Source: Phoronis australis (taxonomy: Eukaryota > Animalia > Phoronida). From it: a stretch of 63,777 bases of DNA. Location of the stretch: the NCBI GenBank assembly GCA_002633005.1, contig NMRA01000096.1, positions 699,691 to 763,467 of the forward strand, given 5' to 3'. The notes under the pieces were generated by a model. The model had not been told where the DNA came from. It saw only the letters and a program-made list of their open reading frames with translations, and searched no databases. Numbering within the stretch: position 1 is the first letter of the stretch; every line of letters begins with the position of its first letter. A program made the position numbers and the translations under genes. This document shows positions 13,073 through 26,672 of this stretch, in pieces.

Positions 13073-14321
13073 TTAACATCAGACGAAATCCCAGAGGATT
13101 GAAAAATGGCTAGCCCAACTTGACTGAAACTTGACTGCGGAGCGATATTCTACATCTGTTTTTGTGGGGGAGGGGCGGACACTGAAAATTTCAGCCAATA
13201 GCGGGGTTGCAACGCCATCATATTGGAAATGGGTCAGAATGTTGCACTGTGGTTAAGCCGGTAAACAAGTACGTCGGCCAGCGTGGAGGCGAACCGGCCA
13301 CACGTTGAGGTTATACGTGTTGTGTGCCTGGTTGTTATAATACCAGTTAGCGATATCAAGAATTTAGTTACTACCTGTTTCCCAAGGATCAAGAACTGCG
13401 TTAAACATGGGTCTGACACATCGGTAGAGGTGGTAGCAAAAGCCGACTTCGTAGTATATGCAGCGCTCATTTTGATGGCGGCAAGAAAACGTATCTTGGA
13501 AACTGCCCAACAATATTTCCCTAGAAAGAAACAGTAACAAATACTCCACGGCGGATGGTAGTGAAAAAAAAACTTGTTTTCGCTTGACCAGAACCAAGCC
13601 AACATCAGCAATTTTGAGGATAATGCTTCTGCACAATCACCTGTTCTGGGTCGACTCACTTAACGTAGGCCTACGCACACTATATGCATTAACGTGCTAA
13701 GATAAAGAGTGCAGAATATTATTATTTACTTTCTACAAAATTGTGATGCATTGCTTTCAAAATTTGTTGTTAAATTACGACCATTTTTCAGAAAATTGTG
13801 CTGAAATCCCAGGGCGAAATCTCGCCGACTGAATGCGTAGCTGCCGGTCTCGCAATCGTTGATAGGGCATGAATTCTTGAATAAGAATACAGCTTCGACA
13901 CAACAAATTATCTGATATCCTCCTCAAGTTTTCCAAATAGCGTCTCTAAGATTTTTAAGTTCTTGTGAAGTCTGGTTTAACTGCAGATTTAGTCCAAATC
14001 TGCGCTAGATTGTAGCCCGCAACACGAGAAAAATCTCTGGAGGAACACACATGTTGTTGTCACGTGACGTTTGTTTTGACGTTTGTATGGGCGTGTGTGT
14101 GAGTAAGCGTGCGGGTGCTCGTCATCAGAGTTCATTTGCCAGAGTAAATGCGATGTAATGATCTAGGTGTGCATTGTATCAAAAGAAATTAACTCAAGCA
14201 GTCAAGCAGAGCGTGGTTTAATATTTAGCTTAGCACTTAACTTGCTGGCCTCATCTACTAAAAAACGTTCGAGAATTGTTTCGGTAAGACTGATATGTCA
14301 CTCATCGAGTCCCCGGGTGAG

Positions 14322-15191
14322 TGGATGCGTGACCGTAGTGTAACAACTATTTTCCGGAAGATTTGGGGTGTAAGGGTGCGAATGTGTTCACTATCATTGG
14401 GTCATTTTGACATTAAAAACACCAATTATGATTAGTTAAATAATTTCTCTTAAAATAATGCAAAAGTTTCTTTCCGGTATTAGAAACTTCCGGAAATTAG
14501 TGCCAATATTTATTTCTTGCCGATGCTATGTTACCCGTTTCATGAACAGATAGTTCCCGACTAAATGCCTTCGATGACAGCCGGTACATTATGCAGCGCG
14601 CGCTACTTGGCCGCGTGCTAACACTGGTCGAGTTTTTTTTATTAGTCTTCGATTCACGGTGTACAAAGAAGTTTGGAGTAGTAGTAGTAATACTACTTTA
14701 TACCACAATATTAGCCTCAAATGGCAGATAAAACCGTGTAATAACCCATAAAGTTATCTCACTAGTGAGATAACGATTTGGCGGGAAACCGAGGACGGAG
14801 TCGAACCCNTGGATGCGTGACCGTAGTGTAACAACTATTTTCCGGAAGATTTGGGGTGTAAGGGTGCGAATGTGTTCACTATCATTGGGTCATTTTGACA
14901 TTAAAAACACCAATTATGATTAGTTAAATAATTTCTCTTAAAATAATGCAAAAGTTTCTTTCCGGTATTAGAAACTTCCGGAAATTAGTGCCAATATTTA
15001 TTTCTTGCCGATGCTATGTTACCCGTTTCATGAACAGATAGTTCCCGACTAAATGCCTTCGATGACAGCCGGTACATTATGCAGCGCGCGCTACTTGGCC
15101 GCGTGCTAACACTGGTCGAGTTTTTTTTTTATTAGTCTTCGATTCACGGTTTTCACGTGTACAAAGAAATTTGGAGTAGTAGTAGTAATAC
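14322..15191. other. Assembly overlap: 14322-14693 repeated at 14810-15191 across a single N (14809)
   Basis: Near-identical copies (a SNP and small indels); the second copy begins immediately after the N. Confidence 0.85.
14677..14808 (-). mobile_element. tRNA-derived SINE (5' end cut by the N join) with (TAC)n tail
   Basis: Minus strand GGGTTCGACTCCGTCC (B box) followed by a short body ending ATAAAGTAGTATTACTACTACTACT. Confidence 0.6.
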
Positions 15192-15395
15192 ACTTTATTC
15201 ACTTTAAGTCAAAAACCAAAAAATACAGTTGATACAAATTTACGCTTATGGAGACTCCGTGAAGGACCAGAAAGGTCCGCTGACCACGGAGCCACCAGAG
15301 AATAAGAAAGAAAAAATACAGCGTTACAGATAAGCAGAACTATAAAAATTAGGTGATGATGTACTTTAAAACTACTTGTGTAAAGACTGGGAGTC
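15175..15395 (-). mobile_element. 3' end of a CR1/L2-group-like LINE
   Basis: Nested stem-loop CTCCGTG..GGACC-AGAAA-GGTCC..CACGGAG (15255-15291), then AATAAA and a (TAC)n tail on the minus strand; SSFK..L-type ORF end remnant upstream. Confidence 0.5.
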
Positions 15396-16059
15396 CTGTT
15401 GAGACCTTAGAAGATCTGTATCTGAAAGAAACAATGCAACCCCGCTAACGATGAGAACGCTGCGTCTGTTTTCAAATGCCAGACCCGCGTAGTGGGGCAC
15501 ATCCCTCGCAAGAGCAGCAAAACTTTTGCGTTCTTTTTGAATCGCGGCGTAAGTTTGAAGTGTATACGGACAAAACGGTGAGGCTTGTGGTCTTCAAATT
15601 TCAGGACTGTCGGATCTTTCAATTGATAAATTGGAGACGTTAGAACTGTAGGTAAGGCATTTTTCGCATGTAGTTCATGGACTGGGCGCTTACTTAAGCG
15701 AGGTCTGAAAACGCGTCGGGGCACTTATTGGGGCATGGGCACTTATTACGGCGAATAGCGGCAGAATTACATGCAGCAGCGTAGTTCAATGCACACAAGT
15801 CACACGTCGTGCAAACCAATCAGCCATTATACCCTAATCATTGCGCACCCTAATTTCCTGACATGCGCAATCGTTAAATCGATTCGGTTGCAACTCCGCT
15901 ATTGAGTTGTGAATGTAGCAAAGCTCAAGGTAGATGATAATTGTCAGTACGGTGTATGAAAATGCGTTATTCAAAGAGTTCAGCATAGCCGAAACAATAG
16001 AACGCTATTTACAATACAACAAAACAAAAGCAAATCAAACAGTCTGATGTTATACTCAC

Positions 16060-16420
16060 GGTTGCATTATTAATATAAACAACAACGGATTTAAACCGGC
16101 TTGACATGTTTCAGTGTCGTTTATTGAAACACCATCATTAGAAGAAAAAAAACACAGTGGCTACCTTGGTAGGCCCAATAACAAGTAATGAATCACGGAC
16201 AAATTTAGTTAAAGGGAGTGACAATAAACTAGACCAAAAATGACAACCTGTGGTGTGCCAGATGCCTATTGAGACTAGGCTTGTATCAGCTGAATGTGTT
16301 GAGCGTCACGAAGTTTAGCTGTTGTGTTGTTTCTACTTGGTCTATTATAGCAAAGTCATTGAAGGAGCATTGCTGATAACAATGATTGGTGCTCTGCAAA
16401 CGAATATCAACATGTGAACC
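16060..16420 (-). mobile_element. Penelope-like element remnant (GIY-YIG C-terminus)
   Basis: Minus-strand LQSTNHCYQQCSFNDFAIID...YKPSLNR resembles Penelope endonuclease C-termini, followed by a TGATGGTG..GAAACATGTC terminal-type motif. Confidence 0.45.
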
Positions 16421-19400
16421 TCAGTCAGAATTGTTATTTTTTATTAATATATGCTGCTACTTGCTATCATGGAGAAACACGGCTTCATTAACGTTTACCC
16501 AACGATATGCTTCATTACTGAGTTATTTACATTGCAAATGACACCAAAGCAATTCTACTAATTTATACACATTAGGTAGCAATACAGGTAGGTAAATAGC
16601 AAGATAAAACAATGCTATTGTACTTGACACATCCCGCTATAATCAAAACAAGCGATCAATATGGCCTCAAGCAAGTACGATGGCCCAAAGATGACATCGC
16701 GCGTTCCTTTTTTAATAACCTCAGGATCTCGAGATCCCGACTAAATTATCTTAGAATCTCGAGATATTTTTCCTCAATGTGTCGCTGTATGTAGTCTTCT
16801 GGCGCGTCGCATTGCCACACAGAAAGAAGGATTCGTACAGTTTCTCGTCTCGTCACTAAGGCATTAGTGACATATTTGTGGGGCACGAATCTTTAACCAT
16901 GTTGCTGCCTTGGCATCGATATTCGTCGGTCTAAGAAACCAGTCACATCAGCAATGTCTGAATAATTGTTACGACGCACGAGCCCTAGTCTCGACAACAA
17001 ACAGTTTCTTTTTGCTACAGCTCTTAAGTTGAAAAGATCTCTAAGGGCTTCATTTCTATCCAAATTGGAGTATTCTTGGTAACATAAATCAAGGCCAATC
17101 TTGTGAGACCGATTTTATAACAGTAAGTGACCTAATTCTATTTTTGCTTTCCAGTCAGCAGAACTAGTAGTACTGCAGTTTTAAGAGGAAAGAGTTTCTT
17201 TAAAATCATCCCATTAATACCAGACACCTAAATCTGTTGTGGAGTGATGAATTTAAGTTCTGTCTTTTCCTCAGACCGTTTTATCTGGACTGTTGACAAA
17301 TAGAACTTCTAAACTTAAGTGTTGTCATTGACGTTTTGCACCTAGGATGCGTCCTGATATCTCTACTGTACACTGTGTGGGTCAACATTGTCCCGAGATG
17401 ATGATGTATGAGACATTGAAACATGTTCAAGTTGAAAAATCTCGTTGTTTTTATTAACATGGTCACTTGTTTTCTTTGTTGAGACCATTAAGCGTTATAC
17501 CCGGTTTCACGCCAAATGGGATCCCATGTGCTTTTACAAACGTTGAAAATTGAGTCATCTATCTTATTACGTAAAATGAAGAAATTTTCCAGTGCAACTA
17601 TCATTTGAATTATTTGATAAATTGATAAGCCCATCACAATGTCATGGCTCAGAAATACGAGGTTTTAAGGAGTAAAATTGAAATGGTTCATTTTCGTAAA
17701 ATTATTCTTAGAGTACAGAATTAGTAGGAACCGTTAGCTTTAATAATACAATTTTGCACGGGTGATACTCAGCTATTCTTCGACAAAGGATGCCGCCGAA
17801 AAATTAGTTTTACCTTTAGAACATTTATTTTCTTGTACAAAATTCCTGCAGCCCATATTGTACGCCGTTGTACGATATACAAGGACACTTGATCTACATC
17901 GTCTCTTCTTTTACCAGATGTCAACAGTCACATGCAAGTATGAAGCAATTTTTTAATTGTTTCCGTAAAATTTTGAGGCCCTCGTGGGTTTCTGAGTTAT
18001 TTTCATTGTCCAACTGAGGCCGACCGCCCCAAACCTTTGGAACTTTTGTTCTTGATGCTGTGTCTTTTGTTTTTTTCCCGTTGTAGAAATCACAACTTAT
18101 CAGATGAGACAGGTGGGCCTTTGAAAACAGACTATGTTGATGGAATCGAGATTCCGATATAATTAAAAAAGAAAAACCGATTTCATCTGTGGACCACCGT
18201 AAGCAAGCGAAGTTTTATTGAGGTACCGATGCATAATGTTGTGTTCGTTTAATGATAACACATTAAATAGAACCATCTTTTATATGCAATATTGGTGACG
18301 TGACGTTCAGGTGACTGAGGGTCACCAAAGTAAATACTAAACACGAGTTCTTCGAACTAGTGCGCATGTACCCAAGAGTTCCTTCACTCCTGTGTTCTTA
18401 TTTGACAGAAAGGAACATATTGTTTACAAAAAAGTATCAAGAAAAGTCGGTTTCGTTTCCAGAGTGTTTTCGCCATGCACTTTAGGTTATCCAATCAGAA
18501 CACAAAGCCTGCTCCGCTTCGGGCCATGACAAATGAACGGCATGAATCTTCAGTCAGTCATCATTCCGAATTTACATGTTATTTTCACTTGATGCAATGT
18601 TATTTTGAGCATGCGCATTGGAACAACTTCAGTGGTGGCAGCTTTTAATCAGTGAGTGAGCTGTATAAAATTGCTACATCACGTGGTTTTATTTGTCTTG
18701 AACGGTTGTGTCATCACCACTAAGTTTAGCATAGACACCTGTAATTATCGATATGAAGTATATTTCTAACTGTTCTCAATCAGTAAAAACTCGGCGGCGA
18801 TATTGGATCTCTCTTGTATACCTTCGAGAGGCTGAAATGAGAGTGCCTGTAGAACAACACAACCGTTGCACAAGATTACTGAAACTGCGATGCTCATAAA
18901 AGCAGGCCAAGATCAATACCTAAAGGTGACAAGTTTCAAAACCAAATCGAACCAGTCAAATGTACAGATCATTCGGAGGCAAAAAACACCAGCAGTGACC
19001 AATGGCCTAATAGATTATGTATACGTTGAGAACCTTGGGTCGATTGTCGGAGAGCATAATTATTTTTCTACATGAAATACATTACCATCACATGTACCAC
19101 GACACATGGGCGGCGCACCATCAATATATTTCTTTGGGATAAGTGCTCTTCCGAAAACAACTAAGGTCCCCGGTGCCCCCCCCCTCCCATCATTGCCCAG
19201 AGTCACGAGAATTGGGACTGGAATTTTGTGACAAGCAGTGCTTATAATCTCAATAAAAAACGCAATTTTTTAACATGCAATTCTGCAAAAAACATTTTAA
19301 TAGAAGTCTATTGACGTATTAATTCATTTTTTCAAATTTAACCGAGAAGTACGGAATTAGGGATGCAGATGTAAATTATCAAGGGGGTAACATTTTGTCT

Positions 19401-21253
19401 CAACTTTTCAAAAAATTGTTGACAGCAGGATAATTGGTTCGAATCATAAATGAGGAATGAGGACTCTTCTTGTGACTTCTAGCTCTGAATTTGGAGGCTT
19501 CATCTCTTTCCAACTTAAGCCTCATGGCTCTAACGCTTAGGAAATTTTAGTTTTTTAGTGCGCCATTTTTTGTAACATTGCCGACAGACCCCGTTGACTC
19601 ACATGGGCCCCGAGGCTGTGGTCCGTGTCCCCCTCCCGGCGCTACTACTTTGGAACCACACCTTTTGTACAATTGCGCGGTAGAGGGAACTTCGATGTTG
19701 GTTTACATTCACTTGATAGTTTATGTTCCACGGTTATTAACATGACGTCGGATCGGATAAAATAAACCGGCCTTACCGAATTTTAAGTTCGGTGACGTAG
19801 GTGGCAAAGTGGTAAAGTAGTGGTTGCGAGCAAGATACCTGATCAAGTCACGATGAGATTCCGGTTGCGTTCAGTAGACCACAAGACGTTTGCTTTCACT
19901 CGCAGTGAAAAATCTTCCCGTATGGAATGAGAACACCTACTTCAATCCCATAACTCAACACTCCAACGTCCCCCCCGACCAATCACCATTTTTCAAGAAC
20001 AGGCTAATAGCCCTAAGGTACCGCGTTGTCATCCTAGCAGCAGTCAGTCTGAAGAATTGTTGACTCCTTATTGAGTTTATAACTTCGTAGTCAGTCCAAC
20101 TCATATTAATGAATTTATATGTGGGAACATAAAAATGCCTGGAGGGGAGTTCTATGTTGTCAAAAAAAAATTATAGGCAATTTCTCAAGTATCCCTAGTC
20201 TGCCATTTCAGTACTACGGTGCTTGTACCTTGGCACGGACTAATGCATACGGCGATGTCCAAGTTCTACTGACCAGCAGCCTACGATGTTCTGTAAATCT
20301 GTAATCAGGGATGAATCTCGTGTTATATAATTTGTGATTTGAAAGACGGTGTCTCTCACAATAATGGTGTAAAATCCTGACAAAGATTTCACTGAAGTCC
20401 ATGTTAGTGTATTGAAAACTATCAACGTGAATGCCTTCATACCGCCGTTTTAGATTTACTCAAGGGGGATACTCTGGAGAACACTAGAAATTGAGAAACT
20501 GGATGCAGGAGAAACCAATGTTCCGGGAAAATAAAACAATTTGATAAAACTGATTGCCAACGGCACACATGGACAAATATTTGCCGGCTTTTTCATGTTC
20601 TACTTAAGTAAACTTAAAAGGCGTCGATTCTTTTGTGTTATTCCAGGACTTAGGTACTATTTACATGCTCCTGTACAGGTGCCTAATTTGGAATCAAGTA
20701 GTGGCAGAAATTATGACCACCCATGAAGTTACAGTCTGTAAGCCTAATTGGCCTGTAAATATGCCTGGTATACGCACCACGAGAGCCTGTTGATACTGCG
20801 CCCCGAACAAGCTCGGAACGGATAGCAGAAAACTTAGACGTAATATTCAGTTTTGTGAAGAAATTATCATTTATAGAAGCCCACAAGTTGTTGGTGAACT
20901 ATGCATTTATTAGTATAAAATTTAAAAACACCGTTTTAAGTAAAAAATGTCAAAGTCAGCAAAACTATGACTTTTCGTTTACAGCTCCTCCCCCTTTTCC
21001 GAATAAACACCAGGGCGTTTATTTGGTGTTACTAAACAGCCTGAAATTTTTCATTTTCCGAGTAACTCTTAGAAAGCCCGTTGGTGACGTCAGCCACCTT
21101 TGTAATCAGAGACAATGGTAAACAGGCACCAGCATTGAAGAGGTGCACGAAAGAAACACGAGAATAACCAACATGCAGCAGCATATTTCATCTTTTCCAA
21201 GACAGTCATGGTAATTTTTCCTGGCCAGACATTGCACAACAAAGTGTGACCGG

Positions 21254-21485
21254 TGTTACATCTTTCAATGTAACATCATAACAAGGTACGACCTGTGATA
21301 ACATCTAGCAATGCAACATGGTAAGAACGCACGGAAGTGTTAACACCTAGCTTTGCAACACCGTAATGAGGTACGAGCTGTGTTAACATCGAGCTATCTA
21401 ACACCATAACAAGGTACGGACAGTGTTAACATCTACCTATATAACACCATAAGAAGGTACAACTAGTGTTACCAATGTAACACCA
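21254..21485 (+). repeat. Minisatellite, about 43-bp unit, about 5.5 diverged copies
   Basis: Approximate consensus GTGTTAACATCTAGCTATGTAACACCATAACAAGGTACG; ends about 180 bp before the acceptor of the ANKRD34-like exon. Confidence 0.85.
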
Positions 21486-21751
21486 AAAACACGTGACGAA
21501 GTGGTGGAGATTCAACAGTAAAAAAACATGCATTTGATATGACCATCACACGACTTAAGCAAAACATCTGTCAATGAACGAAAAACCAACGAGTTTCAAG
21601 GATCGACTAAAAAGTTTGGTCACTCTCTTGGTCATTGTTTAACATTTGTTTCGATTCTGTTTTCAGGGAAACCTCGAGATCACTGCGTTTGCAATCTAAA
21701 CGAACACGACAGACGACTTATTGGATATCTGACATCTGATGAAACGTGAAA

Positions 21752-23026
21752 ATGAAACAAAGCACGTCAATGATATTAGAGGTGCCTGAAAACTGCCCAC
21801 TGAAGTTAGAAGGACACAACTTGTTAAAGGCTGCTTGGTTGGGAAAGTTGAAACTCGCCCGCCTTCTTGTGGAGGGCGGAACAAACGTTGATTTACAAAA
21901 CGAAGATGGACAAACAGCTTTAATCATCACAGTGTTATCAGATTATAGGGACGACAGGTCTTGTACAAGAGAGCAATTCATTCAATTCCTTATAGAAAAA
22001 GGCTGCAATACCAACGTACGCGACTGCACTGGCAGTATAGCGCTAATGTACGCGTGTAAGATGCGCCACCATTTGGCCGTCGTGCGTTTGCTCTTGGATG
22101 GGTTTTCAGACCCTCTGATTAAAGACCACAACGGTTTAAATTCGCTACAGCATGCAGCACACTCTGGCTTTGAAGAGGCCCTAAAGATGCTAGCAACAAC
22201 ATGCAAGCTTTTAGGCAAAGATGTAATAATAGTGGAAACTCAGAGGCGTGACCCAGCTTACAGTTCACGGGCACACTCGTTCACCCGTTCCCCGAAACAA
22301 CTCCGTAAGTCACAGTCAACAAGGTCTCCCGAAAGAACTACCAATAACCCAAGACAACTTCAAAAAATTCATTACTTACAACGAGGACCAACTGAAAAAA
22401 GACACGGAAGCTACTCGGATCCCAGCACTCCGTCTTCACCGCGGTCTCCCGTCTGCACTCCAAGGACTCCATCCTCACCTGTTGACGTCGCTAAACACTT
22501 CTACTCACAATGCTCTAAACCATTGAATCCAAAGAACCTGTTGAACGAGTCCTTCAAACAGAATGAAGGGACAACAGAAGCGGTACAGCGACGTAATGGT
22601 AGACGGTACTCGTTGCCCACTACTGCCGATCACGAAGAAAGTTTACCGTTTTTAGATTTGAATAAAACTGGTCCTACGGAAGACCAAGCAAACTTTGTGA
22701 ACATTAGTGATTGCGCTGAAAGCCCGGGGACAAAGAGACGTCATATCCTTGGGCCGCGAGGGAAATGTCTTGTTCGACAGGGTTCCGGGACTCGACTAGT
22801 AGACTGTATTTCAGTTTATCGGCCAGGCAAATTGCCTCCACTGAACGTCAACACTCGGCCGCCAATTCCGGATATAGTCTCGTCCAAAGGGTCTTCGCAA
22901 GCACAACAAATTATCATCAGCGAAGAAGAAGAAGAGGAAGATGATGGCTGTCAAGCCAACCACACGATGTCGCCACTTCCTGCTATGTATTTTTCTGCAA
23001 GAAGACGATACTCTCTTCAAGATTAA
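21752..23026 (+). CDS. ANKRD34: Ankyrin repeat domain-containing protein 34-like (single coding exon, 424 aa)
   Basis: N-terminal ankyrin repeats LLKAAWLGKLKLARLLVEGG..GQTALI..ALMYAC..; ANKRD34-family signatures CKLLGKDVIIVET, RQGSGTRLVDCI and LPPLNVNTRPPIPDI; Ser/Pro-rich linker. In-frame TGA at 21740 fixes ATG 21752 as the earliest Met; acceptor TTTTCAG at 21666; AATAAA at 23790. Confidence 0.9.
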   Translation: MKQSTSMILEVPENCPLKLEGHNLLKAAWLGKLKLARLLVEGGTNVDLQNEDGQTALIITVLSDYRDDRSCTREQFIQFLIEKGCNTNVRDCTGSIALMYACKMRHHLAVVRLLLDGFSDPLIKDHNGLNSLQHAAHSGFEEALKMLATTCKLLGKDVIIVETQRRDPAYSSRAHSFTRSPKQLRKSQSTRSPERTTNNPRQLQKIHYLQRGPTEKRHGSYSDPSTPSSPRSPVCTPRTPSSPVDVAKHFYSQCSKPLNPKNLLNESFKQNEGTTEAVQRRNGRRYSLPTTADHEESLPFLDLNKTGPTEDQANFVNISDCAESPGTKRRHILGPRGKCLVRQGSGTRLVDCISVYRPGKLPPLNVNTRPPIPDIVSSKGSSQAQQIIISEEEEEEDDGCQANHTMSPLPAMYFSARRRYSLQD

Positions 23027-26000
23027 ATGGGGTTTACCAGTCTGATGCACGGCCGATATATGTAGTCGGTGATGGAAGCTGGAGTACCTGGGATTGGTCC
23101 TAAAAGCAGTGTCAACACCTTCGTTACAACCCTGACCAACTTCTTCGGTCTCGGGTAGAACGCACTTGACTGAATGCGAGGTTCAGGAAGGTGTCGTGTC
23201 AGACCCAACACTTGGTCTTAGTTGGCTATATTTCGCTTCTTTTCACATCTTTGTAACAACGACAGATGAAGTCGTCTGTTTTTTGCTCACAGATTTTAAC
23301 ACAATGACGTGAAATTATAATTAGTAGTGACCCGAATATTAGCTAAGGAACCAAGTGAATTTCTCAGTTTGCAAGCTCACCGCTAGGTAAAATGCAAATG
23401 GCGGAGCGACACGCGAATCGTAAAACGTCGAATCTTCATCTCAATGTGTATTTTTGAAAGATTTGATTTCTGTACAGTTTAATTCGCCGTATCATTCCCG
23501 CTCATAAATTTCCATGCAATCGTAATTATTGAACATCGGAGGGTCAATTTTTGCTGCGCAGTGCATGTGTGATATGTGTGATACTAAATCAGACGCTTTC
23601 AACCCAAAGACTTCCAACCCCGTTTGGGTTGGTTTACTGACTATAGCAGCAGTACTTTTCAACTTGACATAGGTTTGATTCACCTGCTGTAGTGTAGAGT
23701 GAATAGCCTATATAAGTGTGAAAGAAAAGGGTGGTGTACTAGTGCGTCTGCATGTGTATACGCCCAACTACACCACTGATTAAAAAGTCAATAAAAAAGA
23801 CACAAAAATACGACTAGATGTCATTATCTCCTGATATTGCTTACGTGGCAGGGTATCAATGAAAACCCCAAGTTCGTTAGCAAGATCTGATGTCTCGCGT
23901 TTGCTTTTTCAAACCCCTGTATTTAGAATAAACAATCACGCTGTTTTTCGGTTCCAACACAAACGTTAACAGTTTTGGCAACATTAACGAGAGCAACAAA
24001 TTCAACCTATTCCTTTACCGCCTTAAATATCACTCTTCTTTGTCACAGACATCACATGATCTGACATATTCAAGAATATAGCTGCCAGAAGAGGTGGCGT
24101 ATTGGAATACCACTGGACATGTTCAGCCGATACCCATTCTGAACTTCCATCGACCTACACAGAATCAGAGAGACGATGGCCTACAACGCTCTTTGTGTCT
24201 CACAGATTACTTGCCTGTTGAGAGAGCAGCTTCTGTCCTGTGTTGCACTGTTCATTCCAGGATTTTAAAATAGTGGGCCCCACTCTAGCCAAAAACAAGG
24301 TCCATTTTGCAAAAACTTTGGTTCGATTACATTACAGTTCAAGGCGATCGAAAGGCATTAGATGGTTTGGAATTGTGATTAATGAGAAATGAAGCAATTC
24401 ATTGACGCCATAAATCTTTTGTTTTGTCTTAACATATCTATACCGAGCATTCTCTGAAAAACAGTAAGCATTCCAGCAAACCAGTGATGCCCCCAGGCTT
24501 GCTCATATCTTGAAGCAAACAGGAGTTTACCAAACAGTGATTCTCCTAATTTTCTTTTCACTTCCAATTGTGAACAGCCCTGAGAAACTAATTCAGGACC
24601 TTCCATCATTATTGTACCTAGATCATGAGTCCTTGCTACACACGAGCGATTTCGAACATTTGTTTTTATCAAAATTTGAGCGCTAAAACCCCTCACGAAG
24701 TCTGTAGAGTGAGTTGGTGCAGTCAAGGCTTCAGCGTGTTTGGAAAGTCTTCATTGTGGAACGTGCTTACTGAACTAAATCCCAAACAACGGTCATTTTT
24801 CCCCTGGAATAACCTTCACTGAAAACGACGGCTTTAACCCGAGTCCATTCCTCTCTCGTTGCTCCAGACTGTCAGTATTAAAGGCAGAGTTTCTCTTAGG
24901 GCATTGCCATGTCTGTGGACTTGACTGTGACCAAAATGCTCAATAACTCTGTTTATTTGTTCATTCTCCCAACTAGATTGGTCTGTTTCACTTGGAAAAG
25001 GGAGAGGCCTCATACAGCCAAGAAGTAAATTATGCCACAAGGTTTAAAAATCGAAACTGAAATAAAATGATTTTGTGGGTGAGAATCCGATCGCAGAAAC
25101 AATATTGTTCAACTTCATTTGGTCCCTAGAACACCCACTTAAGTCCATGTTTCATGGACTTTTACGTAACTTTCCTTCTTAGTCCGATATATCTTTAAGG
25201 GTTTAGAGACCAAGATATCTGTTGTTTTCTAGCAATGAAGAAAGACAAACAGTGACTACGAGATTAATAGTTGTACATTTTTACAGAATGGACACCAAGT
25301 CGAAGATTCATTAATAGGCCTATAGAAAGAAGAAATAGCCCAAGAATGCTACACCCCACAATGTTATATTGGGACGGTAGATGGGTTGTTTCTGTAGATT
25401 TCAAGAGATGGGACAAATGTTATGTAGCCTGGCAAACTATTAAAATCTGCAACTGTCTTACTTGAGGAAAATCATCACTTTTATATTCTGTCCTGTTTAT
25501 GGTCTTCTGATACAGTGCATTATGCCTGGGTATGTAGTGTTGGTGTTTTAAAGCTTTGTATTAGCCGCCAGACGTCTCTGGTGTTTAACCTCTCCCCACT
25601 GGCTGGAGGAGCGTCTATATTGGTGGACTGTTCACGTTTATTGTGCTGGCGAATAGAATCACTTGTTAGGGACATTTGCGTTGTCTTTGAGCGAACTAAC
25701 ATGTAGGACAGGGCAGTTGAGTTTTGTCATATTTATTTTGTGATGGAGTGTTGTCAATACAAATGTAAATTTCGATCCAACTAAAATGATGGATTAAATT
25801 AGAGTTGATTAAAATCTGACTTTTGCTGAAGTGGAGTGCATGTACCAGTACGGTACAGTAACTTTGTACCAGCTATACATTCCCCGTTTACTGTCACGGT
25901 GTGATTTTACTGCGTGATAGTGATATTTTGAAATAAATATATTTTGTAATAAATGAAAACTTTATTGTCTAAAATAGTTGCAGTATCTCAATGTGTTGTT

Positions 26001-26672
26001 TCTGTGTCAGCATTTTGTTGTCCTTCTCGTTCTGGATGGCCAATCAGATGGAAGTGTGCTCGTTATTGACAGAAAAAATCTGCTATTCCGCACATCATGG
26101 TCGAATAAAAGGGGTACATTGATTGGTGTAAAAATTAATATTGATAAAAATTAATAATCCGATTGCCTTTTTGAAACTCCAGTCCCGGGGCGTATTGTTT
26201 TACAACAGAGTCTATGGCACAACTGTTTGAACTGTGAGACCATGTCGTTTCAAACTGTACAAATTACCAGTTCACCAAGCTAATATAAATTAGGAACTAG
26301 GACATGTAATACTAGATAGTTAAGGAAAAGTAGCGTATCACCGAAGTAATTTTCCTTGAGACACCTCAGCACGCCTTACATGCGTTTTATTTTCTGAAAA
26401 AATGTCTGCATATTAATGTAATTATTAATCTTTGGCATAACCTTAAGTAGACAATTCCAATCACCTTTCGGGAAATTGAGTCTGTGCAAATGCATACTTC
26501 GACCTCCGGCTTCGGCTGCCAAAGCATTGTTGTCCACAGGCACACGCGGCAAACCGATGTATATGTGCATGTCTTACCAACCAGTACAGGGTGTTTTTGG
26601 TGTCGTGCATTCTTCTTTTTTCATTGAAATACTTAATGATAACATATCACTTTCTATAACTCTATCGTTTTG

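Noticed and set aside
24080-25710. Possible decayed coding region
   Set aside because: Several short ORFs, but I could not recognise any motif or consistent exon chain; left unannotated. A BLASTX search would settle it.
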